A stretch of 63,634 nt of DNA, the filler included, from Stramenopiles sp. TOSAG23-6 (taxonomy: Eukaryota), in assembly GCA_900128565.1 (NCBI GenBank). It is 10 parts of 10 records of this genome, joined end to end, with 100 filler letters (N's around TTAATTAATTAA, not from the genome) between each part and the next. Parts side by side here need not be neighbours in the genome. Positions count along the whole stretch, not along the records: positions 7,690 to 15,271 come from LT636545.1; positions 15,372 to 22,950 come from LT636546.1; 8 more parts are not named here. One strand, written 5' to 3'. The translations under genes and the position numbers were made by a program. Under the pieces are notes generated by a model. The model had not been told where the DNA came from and searched no databases. It was given only the letters and a program-made list of their open reading frames with translations. Within the stretch, counting starts at the first letter, position 1. Every line of letters begins with the position of its first letter. This document shows positions 11,160 through 21,578 of the stretch, piece by piece.

Positions 11160-11443
11160 ATTGGAGCTTGTAAAAGAAGGCAATGAAAGGAATTTAATTA
11201 ATTGTCAATTTAATTCAGAATAAACAAACAAGCGCAGAAGTCATTATCGAAATACAGTTACATGTATAACAAACCTGTTCTGAAAACTATTTACTACGAA
11301 ATTTCGTATACAATTATTAATTCAGTGTCAACGGCAGTCTTTTGTAGGTAGTGTGACTAACAATTGAGTAGTACGTCTCTTATAAGACGCAGAATTCCGA
11401 TAAAAAGACAAACCTTTTATTTGTTTTGGAAGTAGATTACCCG

Positions 11444-13111
11444 ATGAATTCTACAAAACAAATGACAACAGTCACACGGGGCAGTGGTTGTCCCGTTGCA
11501 CTTAATGCACTGAAAAGTTCTAAAGATAGAGAGATCAGACGTGCTCGTAAAATGCGTGTCCTACTAGTTTTCTGTAGTCCAAAAATCCCAGGTGGTGGAG
11601 CAGGTCTTCGATTGCAGAGTGAAGAACGTGCTATTAGAAAAGTATTCGCCCGAGCTCCACTTCGAGATAAATTTGAGCTCGATGTATTACCAAGTGCTAC
11701 GATTGATGACCTCTCAGAAGCTCTTCTTGCGAAAGATTATGATATTGTGCACTTTTCTGGTCACGCTGATATACTACTTCATGTAAGGCAACATATTGTC
11801 CAGCGATTTCGCAATAACTATGGTCCAATGGCTGATGAGGTATTACGTTCAGCAGATAGCACTACTAGAGATGCTATTGGCCACGCAGCATTGCATGTAA
11901 CGCGTGGATTAGAAAAATCGGTTTCAGAAAAGGCCGTTGGAGTTGGAGGTACAATAAGAAAAGTAAGTGATCTAAAAAAAGGTGAAAATGTTTGTGAAAA
12001 TGTTTGTGCAACTTGCGCAGCGAAAACACAAACTGAAGATATTGTAATAAAGAATAACTTTCTAGCTCTCAAGTCAGCAGTAGAAAATGTAGTTGAAGTA
12101 GATACGGATTCGGATGGTTTGAATGAAGCNCTTAATATTTCGCTTAATTTTTCAGATCTTATATCTCANGGAGCAGGTTCTATCGCTTTTGAAGACAATG
12201 ATGGTAAACCACATTTCGTGAATGCAAAGGCTTTTGCAGATTTACTTTCTGCATATGCACCACCTGTTAGTGTGGTCATATTAAATGCGTGTGGTTCAAG
12301 TATAGCTGGTAGTATTATATCAGAATATCTACCATTTACAATATGTACATCTGGAAATTTAAAAGACAAAGATGCTGTTACCTGGTCCACTGGCTTTTAT
12401 AGTGCATTGGGTGCTGGCCATAGTGTAGAACATGCTTATTCAGAAGGAAGTAGACGAATTGCATTGCATGAACCGGTCAAGCAATACCCTAACACGAGAA
12501 ATGTTTCTGTGAATTCTGAGAGTAGTCACCATCAGTCTAATCAATCCATTAGTCAATCTCAACGATCTCATAGTAACCCTAACCCTAATCAATCTAACCC
12601 TAATCAATCTCATAGTACTAGTAGTTTTAGTAAAGACGAATCTTCTTCAAGCAATATGACTGGCGCAACAGAAAGTAAAGGAAGTAGAAGAGAAGTGAAT
12701 ATTCATACGAAAACAACTACAGATAGAAGAAGTCGTACACATAACCCTAACCCTAGGGTTAACCCTAGTTTTGTAGGTAATTTNGTAGGTAATAGTGGAG
12801 ATAGTTCATCGACACTTCTTTTGCGAAATGAAAAATTAGTTGCAAAACGTAGAGAAAATGGTATTTTCCTAGGTGTACAAGAAGAAGTAAAATATCTCCG
12901 TGAACAAAATGGTCAGATGAAAAATGTTTTACAAGCAGGTTTGAAACATTTTGCAAAACAACATGAAGAGATTAANAGTCTTCGTAANGCTTGTTACATT
13001 CGAAATGCCACAGAATTAGTTCAAAACCATATGAATAAGAAAATTAAAAATGTTGAGGACGAAAATGATAAAGTCTGTAGTGAATTATCAATGTATGTAT
13101 CTTCCATATAA
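11444..13111 (+). CDS. CHAT (caspase/HetF-like) domain protein with C-terminal coiled coil
   Basis: LRLQSEERAI, DIVHFSGH (His) and VVILNAC (Cys) motifs, FYSALGAG. Confidence 0.8.
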   Translation: MNSTKQMTTVTRGSGCPVALNALKSSKDREIRRARKMRVLLVFCSPKIPGGGAGLRLQSEERAIRKVFARAPLRDKFELDVLPSATIDDLSEALLAKDYDIVHFSGHADILLHVRQHIVQRFRNNYGPMADEVLRSADSTTRDAIGHAALHVTRGLEKSVSEKAVGVGGTIRKVSDLKKGENVCENVCATCAAKTQTEDIVIKNNFLALKSAVENVVEVDTDSDGLNEXLNISLNFSDLISXGAGSIAFEDNDGKPHFVNAKAFADLLSAYAPPVSVVILNACGSSIAGSIISEYLPFTICTSGNLKDKDAVTWSTGFYSALGAGHSVEHAYSEGSRRIALHEPVKQYPNTRNVSVNSESSHHQSNQSISQSQRSHSNPNPNQSNPNQSHSTSSFSKDESSSSNMTGATESKGSRREVNIHTKTTTDRRSRTHNPNPRVNPSFVGNXVGNSGDSSSTLLLRNEKLVAKRRENGIFLGVQEEVKYLREQNGQMKNVLQAGLKHFAKQHEEIXSLRXACYIRNATELVQNHMNKKIKNVEDENDKVCSELSMYVSSI

Positions 13112-13343
13112 ATCGTTGGTAGTGTATTTGTTTATATACCTTACTTATAAAAATATATGTTTTTTAATATGAATTCTTATGTGTTTTGTTTATTTACATG
13201 GTTACTGTTTTTATTTCTTTATCTCGATTTTATATATTTATAATACTCAATAAATNAACATTGCAATATCTATTTTGTTTTTAACAATTGACTAAAATAT
13301 CATCTATAAAATAAATTGTTTGAACAATTGACTAAAATATCAT

Positions 13344-15156
13344 CTATAAAATAAATTTAGTTAGGTCCATCTTTGTCAACATGGAGCCAAGTTTTTCATC
13401 CACATCTTTGGNAGTAATTGTTACAGTTGAATCAGGCTTCATGTCCGAAGCGTCAAAAGATATATCATCCATCATTCTCTCCATGACNGTATGAAGACGC
13501 CGAGCACCAATATTTTCGACTTGAGTATTCATCTCTGCTGCAACATGCGCAATTCTTTGNATTGCTTCATCCTCAAAGACAAGTTTTACACCATCTGTTT
13601 CAAGTAAAGCAATTTGTTGACGAATCATATTCACTTCTGGTTCAGTAAGTATACGTAAAAGATCTTTTTCTTTCAGACCATTCAATTCNACACGAATNGG
13701 AAGACGTCCCTGTAACTCTGGTAAAAGATCAGCGGGNTTACAATGATGGAAAGCACCAGATGCGATAAATAATATGTAATCTGTATTTATGTTACCATGT
13801 TTGGTATTGATAGTGGAACCTTCAATTAAAGGCAACAAATCACGTTGCACGCCTTCATCAGANGCATCACCTGAATTACGACTACCCTCCGCATTGCAAA
13901 TTTTATCTATCTCATCGATGAAAACGATACCATTTTGTTCTACTAGTTTTATTGCATCTGCAGTTAAATCACTATCGTCCAATATTTTTTCGATTTCATA
14001 ATTTTCCAAAGATTTCCGAGCATCTGGAACCAACATTTTTTTTNTCTTCATTGTAGGTGTCGGTGGACTTCCAGCATTTCCACGACCTTGNAGCTTACTA
14101 ATTAAATCAGCAATAGGAACTGCGCTAATACCATTTGCATCGCCACCACCAGCCATCAACGTCTGGTTGCCTGGAGGGGTAACAGGAATCTCAACTTCGA
14201 CTGCAATTTTATCGAGTTCTTTACTATGATACATTTTAAGCCACTTTTGCATATCATCTGGNTCTTCTGAACCAACTANCTGTTGAATAATTTGGTTTGC
14301 TACTTTATCCTGAACCATAGGTAAAAGAGCTTCCCGTTTTAGCTTTCGCATTAAAGTAATGTATTGTAAAAAAAAAGTCAAATTTCAAATTCATTAGTCA
14401 TAACAAAAATTACAAAAAAATTGTCTAGAAAAAAATCTAAAATTACAAAACAANTTGTCTAAAAAAAAATCTAAACTTCTTAATAAAAACATACATGCCC
14501 TGTTCCACAAGGTCTCGAATGATCATATCCACGTCACGACCGTGAAAACCAACTTCAGTGAATTTCGTTGCTTCGACTTTTAGAAAAGGTGCATTAGCAA
14601 TCTTACTCAATCTCCGTGCTACTTCAGTTTTTCCACAACCAGTTGGGCCAATCATGAGAATATTACGTGGCATTACTTCCTTTTGGAGTTCNTCGGGAAG
14701 TTGCTGACGCCGCCAGCGATTTCTCATGGCAACTGCCACAGCTCGCTTTGCGTCAGACTGTCCTACAATATGCCTCTCGAGTTCAGTGACAATTTCGCTA
14801 GGTTTCATATTTTTCAGTTCTACAACTTTTGACATGACTGCTTTAACAGTTATTTCACTGTTATCTTCAACTAGACCAGACACTAAAGGATCCTTTTTTT
14901 TACTGCCCGAAGTGTCCCCATTCGTCGTGTCTGTAGAACTGGGGCCAGTTGATAAAGATTGTATACCTTGACGTGAAAACACAGCTGAGTGATTTCTTAA
15001 AATGGGTGTACCCGCCAAGATGCCATCAGACGCAGGAGAGCGAGCAGATGTATGTAATGAACGAATACAAATAGGAATAGTTCCTGTAGACCATTGCGTA
15101 GACCGCTTACCAAAGCTAGATAGAATACATCGAGCTGTTGCACCAGCAGAACTCAT
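13344..15156 (-). CDS. hslU: ATP-dependent protease ATPase subunit HslU, mitochondrial-type, 2 exons (15156-14495, 14358-13344)
   Basis: [44 protein letters not shown]; Ser/Arg-rich N-terminal extension. Confidence 0.95.
14359..14494 (-). mobile_element. Diverged family intron, GT...AT, 136 nt
   Basis: GGCAT|GTATGT...ACAATACAT|T gives EQGITLMRK. Confidence 0.75.
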
Positions 15157-15425
15157 ATTCTAGAAGAACAGCTAATGTATTTTATATATTGGAAGTCGAG
15201 CTGATGATCCCTTTTTGTGTGCCTCTTTTTTGGAAAGTTTTTTGACGCGAGTTTTCCGAGTTTTCCGGAATNNNNNNNNNNNNNNNNNNNNNNNNNNNNN
15301 NNNNNNNNNNNNNNNTTAATTAATTAANNNNNNNNNNNNNNNNNNNNNNNNNNNNNNNNNNNNNNNNNNNNTTTGTACCTAACAATTTTTTTTAGATTTT
15401 TTTGAAATATTTTTCCAAAATACAT

Positions 15426-16915
15426 GAAAATTGAATGTACGCCTGCGTCATATACATCTTTAATAGATTTTTTAATGTTGGATGGAAATAGAAAAGATGC
15501 TTTAATGATTTTGAAACAAATGAAGGAAGATGGAGTTGAACCTGATGAAAGAGTAGAAGCAGCACTACAAATTCATCCACTAGAACTAGCTAAAAAGAGA
15601 CTGAATCGTCTATCATACTTAGTTACGTTAGATACTGAAGGACAATTTGAAGCACAGCGTTTATACTCTTCTCTATTAGCAGCAAATGAAGCAACAGATT
15701 TTCACGCCCGAGTCTTGGAAAAATCAGGTTTAATCCATTCTTTACAGAAAAAACAAAAACCTTTGCGAAGTCTTGACGAACGGAAATTCTTTTTAGGTCG
15801 ATTACGTCAATATTTAGGCACGGATAGCGTCAAAGGTCAGTCTATGGCTATGAAGTTGTATGGAAATCTTCTCTCAGCTGGTGAAGCTGTACGTTTTCAT
15901 TATTTCAATTATTTGAATTATTTCAATTTCATTTTTTTTTAAATAGGAAATGTTGTACCTAACGTATATTTTATCAATTAAAAAAAAATATATTTCTGCA
16001 CAATAACTACTGTAGACCACTGCAACTTAATGATTGAATCCTCTTGGTCTTCGTCAGATGCAAGAGCTGTAATTAATGAAATATTGGAGAAATATTCAGC
16101 TGATTCGAGTAAATTATTAGATGTGACATCCTATAATGCTTTAATGTATCATTTTATGATTGAAGGGCAACAAGCAGAGGCTGGATCTATCGTCAAAGAA
16201 ATTCAATCTCGTGGTTTGTCTCCAAACAAACGTACTCGAGTGATTTTAACGTTAGATGCCAAAAGTCTAGGTAGAATGAGAATGAGATCTTTTAGTCGAT
16301 TAATAAGGCTAGGATCAGAAGGTCGACAACAGAGTCGAATTTTATTTGAAAAATTGTTACATGCAAAAGAAGCTGATGTGATACACTGTAATTATATGTT
16401 AAGACATGCATTAGGTGCACAAGATGCAATGACACTTTTGAATAGAATGATGTCAAGTGGATGTCCAGTAGATACTATATCTTTCAATACGGTCATTACA
16501 GAGTTTTTGATTTCTGGTTTTAAAGACAAAGCGTTAAGTCTAGCATCATCAATGAAGTCTCATGGTGTACCCCAAGATAGACGGACAATGCAAGCTCTTT
16601 CTTTAACTAAACAAGATCTAAGTAAAATGAGAAGTTCAAAACTTCAACAATTTCTAAAGCTAGGAATTGAGGGACAGAAAGCAGCAGAGAAATTATATGG
16701 ACATCTTTTACATTTTGGTGTTGCTGATAGATATGTACGTTTTCACAATTTTTTATCTAATTTTTTTTCGTACGAAATTTTGTACCTAACAAATTTTAGG
16801 GGTTTTTTTCAAATATTTTTCCAAAATACATCAAGTAGAAATTATGCAAAGGTTTCATGCGTCAAAGCATTTTGCAGGGGAAGCTGATAAAGTAGAAAAT
16901 ATTGAATTTGAATGA
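15426..16915 (+). CDS. PPR-like helical repeat protein (5'-truncated; exons 15426-15888, 16009-16734, 16832-16915)
   Basis: SYTSLID...MKEDGVEPD, SYNALM...SRGLSPN and SFNTVI PPR-like motifs. Confidence 0.75.
15889..16008 (+). mobile_element. Family intron, GT...CT, 120 nt
   Basis: GCT|GTACGT...CAATAACT|ACT gives EA|TVDHCN, matching the internal repeat EADVIHCN. Confidence 0.62.
16735..16831 (+). mobile_element. Family intron, GT...AT, 97 nt
   Basis: TAT|GTACGT...AAAATACAT|CAA; the two nearest downstream AGs give a stop or a frameshift. Confidence 0.75.
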
Positions 16916-17288
16916 ATGTTTTCATCCGAATTTCTTTTTTATTTGAATAAACGTTTTCATTAATAATAATAATAATAATAATTTTCAATTTTTGTACAAT
17001 TCTTGATTAAATCTTAATTAAATACATAAATTTGAAAATAATAAGAAAAAACGTTCATCCAGGTTGAAAAAGTAAAACGTACTAATGCAATATCTACAAT
17101 TTAAATCTATTGGTATACTCATTTTTTGTTTCTGTGTTTCATATATATACTATAATATAATATTCTCCTTAAGGCAATTTAGAATTTAGTACTATCTCAT
17201 ATTTTTTTGTCTTTAATTCAATATTTTTTTTCTCCAGACGAACAATTAAGTAATGTCAAAAGCAAGTGAGTGATTACAAATTCCTGTA

Positions 17289-18326
17289 TCATCCTTGAAT
17301 CAAAGCGGGGGGGGGGGGNGGTAATTCTCTTACTATGATGCGGTCATTATTTTGTATTTTTTTGTCTTGAGGAGTGTCACTGTCACGAAGTACCTCGCCC
17401 TCAAAATCCATTGTAACCAGTGCTTGGTCTGACTGGTTTAATTTGCAATAATCTTTTTTAATAACGCCAAAGTTTGAATCAATCAATACGTCCATTTTTT
17501 TTATAATACCTGGATGACTTGTTCTCCTATTGATTCCTTTAACAAAGGATAATGAAATTTTCTCTTCTCTGTGACCGTCTTTCCTGGATGAATTATCAAT
17601 TGTTGTCTTGCAACGCTTTACAACAATATCTGAACTGTTGCTCCTCATCTTACGCTTATTCGATGGTGACGATTCACTTTCACTGCTCTGGCTGTCACTG
17701 CCTAAGCTTTCAAAGTGATCATCTAGTGTAGACGCTATTTTTTTTACCTTATCTTCAAAAGAACTGTCAAGCGTTTTCATTTCAGACAAATCTTGAGATC
17801 GTCGAGCAAATCCAGTACTAGTATTCTTCACTTTTCTTTCAGCAGCTAGAAGAGCTTTTTTACCAGACAAAAGAGCATCTTGAGCTTCTTTTAATTTAAT
17901 CTCCAGGTGACGAACTTTGCTCTTGGCATTTTTTTCTGCATTGCGATCATCGTAAAGCTCTTTATTCAGTTCTTGAACCCCTTTTGTGAGTTGTTTACGA
18001 ATAGAATTACTTACTACGGTTCTCATATTTTTCATGTGCGAAAGGCCTTGGATAGAACGTTTAATTTTTTTCTTGCACGGTTTTATTAGTGATGCAAATT
18101 TATCTTCTGCTTCTTCTGTGGCCCATGATTGACTCATAATAAATCTTTGGAAAGCTTCGATCTGCGACGTGCAAAGCGAACGTTCAGACTTGGTGATCAA
18201 TTCTGCAATTTTATGCAGTTGCTGGAGAACTTCTGCAGGATTCTTTGCATCAAAAATAACAAACATAGCTTCATCAAACTTGATCAGATGACAAAGCAAA
18301 TCATCAAGTGGCTGTTGTTGCTCCAT
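17289..18326 (-). CDS. Coiled-coil protein with C-terminal SUMO/ubiquitin-like (Rad60-SLD-like) domain
   Basis: C-terminal FEGEVLRDSDTPQDKKIQNNDRIIV resembles SUMO-like domains. Confidence 0.55.
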   Translation of the reverse strand: MEQQQPLDDLLCHLIKFDEAMFVIFDAKNPAEVLQQLHKIAELITKSERSLCTSQIEAFQRFIMSQSWATEEAEDKFASLIKPCKKKIKRSIQGLSHMKNMRTVVSNSIRKQLTKGVQELNKELYDDRNAEKNAKSKVRHLEIKLKEAQDALLSGKKALLAAERKVKNTSTGFARRSQDLSEMKTLDSSFEDKVKKIASTLDDHFESLGSDSQSSESESSPSNKRKMRSNSSDIVVKRCKTTIDNSSRKDGHREEKISLSFVKGINRRTSHPGIIKKMDVLIDSNFGVIKKDYCKLNQSDQALVTMDFEGEVLRDSDTPQDKKIQNNDRIIVRELXPPPPALIQG

Positions 18327-18447
18327 TGTGATTTTTTCTAGAAACGAATGAATCGTCGTTTCTGTTATTGTATTTTTCAAATTTTTGATTATGTTTTTGT
18401 TTTGTTAGGTATTTGTTAAGTAAGGACATATTGATGGACATCGACAT

Positions 18448-18712
18448 ATTACGTACGAAATTTTGTACCAAAAATCGCATAATAATTATTATGCGATTAT
18501 TATGTGATTTTTGGTAAATCACATAATAATTATTATGTGATTATGTGATTTTTGGTAAATCACATAATAATTATTATGTGATTATTATGTGATTTTTGGT
18601 ACAAAATTTCGTACGTAATGTCGCTATAAAAAATGTAAAGTCATTTGTAAAGCGATTTGTAAAGCATTTTGAAAATGCTTTTTGGTACAAAATTTCGTAC
18701 GTAATGTTGCTA
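18448..18712. repeat. Intergenic inverted-repeat (MITE-like) element carrying the intron-family core motif
   Basis: Arms ATTACGTACGAAATTTTGTACCAAAAATC (from 18448) and its reverse complement (ending 18619); internal palindromes ATCACATAATAATTATTATGTGAT; third arm copy at ~18679-18712. Confidence 0.8.
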
Positions 18713-18955
18713 TATTTTTACAAAAAGGTTTTTTTGCTTTTTCCCAAAAAGCAAATTTCCCAAAAAGCAAAAACGTTTTTTGGGAAGCACAAAAACGTTT
18801 TTGGGAAGCACAAAAACGTTTTTGTGCTCAAACGTTTTTACTTCGCAAAAAAAACACGAAATCGAAATCCTACAATAATTCATGTAACCGTTTCCGTAAC
18901 AAAAAAGATTCTACTAGTCAACTAAAAACTACAAAATAAAAAGAGATCATAAGCG

Positions 18956-19501
18956 ATGCAATTTGCTCTCAATCGGAAACTAAAAGAGTCAAAAGGAATA
19001 CCTGGTCTTTCTATTCAGGATGTTCAAGATATAAAAGCGATATTTCATTACAAAAGTAATTCTGAGGGAACTGTAGACTCAAATACAGCGTTTGAGATTT
19101 GGAGTATTCTTGGACTTGCCCCTCAAGGCCATGAGTTAATTGGTGTAGAAAAGTTAGAACTAGATAAGTTTCTTCAAATAAGTGGAATGATCAACAAAAG
19201 AAATTCTAATGAGGATATGAACTATTTGAATCAAATGTATAGAATGTTAGACCATCAAAAGACTGGAAAAGTATCAATGGCCGCATTAGAGTCTGTACTA
19301 ATATCATGTTCTTGCACTATTTCTGCGACTCATCTGAGAGCTTTAATGAATAAAATTGACCGAAATGAAGATTATAATGGAAAATTCTTTACACAAACGC
19401 AATTTTTAGCATGGATGAGTGGACAACGAAAAGCAATTGATCCAATTTTGAAAGCTGCAGAAGATGAAAAGCAGTTGATCAAAGAACTTTTTCTTCCTTA
19501 A
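18956..19501 (+). CDS. EF-hand calmodulin/centrin-like protein
   Basis: Degenerate EF-hands (DHQKTGKVS, DRNEDYNGK); size and DIKAIF helix typical of calmodulin-like proteins. Confidence 0.6.
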   Translation: MQFALNRKLKESKGIPGLSIQDVQDIKAIFHYKSNSEGTVDSNTAFEIWSILGLAPQGHELIGVEKLELDKFLQISGMINKRNSNEDMNYLNQMYRMLDHQKTGKVSMAALESVLISCSCTISATHLRALMNKIDRNEDYNGKFFTQTQFLAWMSGQRKAIDPILKAAEDEKQLIKELFLP

Positions 19502-19593
19502 TTAATAAAAAAAAATGTAGAGCAAATTGTAATTCCGTACCATTCAAAAACAAATTGTATAAATATTTACTTTAAAAAAAATTAAGATTCACT

Positions 19594-21377
19594 TCATGTA
19601 TGTACAATACCATTTCTTTCAAGATGTTTCACTTCTTCAGTGCTATAACCCAATATTGTAGTTAAAATTTCTTCTGTGTGCTCACCTAAAGCAGGAGGTG
19701 GTCTTCTTATGGAAGTGGGTGTCTTTGATAATAACACGGGAGATCTTCTATATTGTGAAAAAAAAAAAAAATTATGATTTAGATTATACCATTATTATTA
19801 AATTTCATGAGTGTAAAAAAATCGTTACACACAAAATTTTCTATGAAAAAAAATTCTATGAAAAATTCGAAATTTTTTTTTTTTTTTTTTTTTGAAAAAT
19901 TCGAAATTGTTTTTTTTTTTTTTTTTCTTTAAACCTACATTGTCTTCAAGCTTTCTGTTGTATCATGTACCAAATTATTATGTATGACCTGAGGATCTTT
20001 GAATACATCAGCAATGCTATTGATTGGTCCAAACGGAATTAGACCTAAAAATTGATTTGACCAGTGTGAGATTGTTTTTTTACTGAATATTTCTGATAGT
20101 ATTTTTATGAGTTCGATTCTATTTTCGACTCTTTTCTGATTACGTATTGTGAAAAATATTTTTTTTTTTGGTGAAAATTTCTTAGGTACAAATTTTCGTA
20201 TGAAAAAAAAATCGAAATGGGTAAAAAAAGTATAATGAAAAAACATACACTATTAAACTTGGGGTTATGTAACAATTTATGGCCATCATTGCCTAACCCA
20301 GAACATAATTTTATCCATTGTGATTCATTACCAGCACCAATCACCATTTTTCCGTTTGAAGAATCAAATGCTTGATAGGGTACAATTGATTCATGAGCTG
20401 TCTCTAGTCGAATAAATGTCCCATCAGTATTATTGTTATTATTAGGGTTAGGGTTATTATTATTAGGGTTAGGGTTAGTACTAGTGCTAGGATTATTCAT
20501 TTGAGATGCATTAAGATGGCTACTTCCAATATTCGCCAGTGAATGAACACATGTATCGAGTAGTGATACCTCTATTTTCTGACCAATACCAGTCTTTTCT
20601 CTTGAATAAAGAGCTGATGAAATGGCAGCTTGTGCATGAACTCCAGTCAATTGGTCAATTAATGCAACACCAGTCTTGCAAGGTGTATCCTTTGTCCCAG
20701 TGATACCCATCAAACCTCCAATACCTGATACAATGACGTCATATCCTGGATGCGTGGCATATGGACCACTCGCCCCATAACCAGAAATGGAGCAGTAAAT
20801 CAGACGAGGATTAATTGTAGACAAATTCTCATATCCTAATCCAAATTCATCCATTTTACCTGTCAAAAAGTTCTCTAGCAAAACATCTGCAGAGGCTACT
20901 AAATCTTCTATTATCTTTTTTCCAGCTGAATGATTCAAATCGACAGCAATTGATTGCTTGTTTCGGTTTGCCCCTACAAAATATGTTGATGTACCCTCAC
21001 TCGTTGCTGGAGGTGTCCAACTTCTAGTATGATCACCTGAACCTGGTATCTCCTGTAAAGTGTATATTTATGCTATAAATATATGTATGAAGAATACATT
21101 ACAAATAAAAAGTGTGAAAGCAAAAACAACACACGGAAGAAGATATATAATTCTAACTATTTAAAATATTTAAAAAATGACATACTACCTTCCAAACTTC
21201 CGCGCCGTAATCACCCAAAGACTGTGAACACATTGGTCCAGCCAGCACTCTAGTCAAGTCAACGACACGAATACCTGCCAAGGGACCAGCATTTGTTTTG
21301 CTCGAAGTAGTGCAAAATAAACGAAGAGCAGGAACAATTTTGCGTGATATACTATAATTCTTCAGCGAGTAATACAT
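19594..21377 (-). CDS. Family III CoA-transferase (CaiB/BaiF, SUGCT-like), 4 exons (21377-21186, 21052-20249, 20141-19939, 19747-19594)
   Basis: [53 protein letters not shown]. Confidence 0.92.
19748..19938 (-). mobile_element. Diverged family intron, GT...AG, 191 nt
   Basis: ACAAT|GTAGGT...TTCACAATATAG|A gives KTIRSPV. Confidence 0.7.
20142..20248 (-). mobile_element. Family intron, GT...GT, 107 nt
   Basis: AGT|GTATGT...CAATACGT|AAT gives [13 protein letters not shown] (CaiB-family PRFxTNxxRVxNR). Confidence 0.78.
21053..21185 (-). other. Ordinary canonical GT-AG intron (non-family)
   Basis: GTA|GTATGT...TTACAG|GAG gives KV|EIPGSGD; lacks the family core motif. Confidence 0.8.
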
Positions 21378-21578
21378 TTAATGGATTGTATAAAAAAAAA
21401 TGTTATACGTCAAATCAAGCCTTTGTTGGCTAACGTAGACAACAAAAAAGCAAAAAAGTGACATTAAAATTTTTTGGCGTTGCGTGGTCATTTTTCTGTT
21501 CAGTCAATGAAAGCAAAGCTGTGACATTGTACACAAAATCTGCAACTTATTATTATTATTATTACGTAGATATTTATC

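Noticed and set aside
13400-14700. Scattered single Ns in HslU and the CHAT gene
   Set aside because: Ambiguous consensus bases, many at third codon positions, consistent with population polymorphism rather than editing or decay
18480-18600. CRISPR-like repeat array
   Set aside because: Palindromic repeats without unique spacers, no cas genes, eukaryotic context
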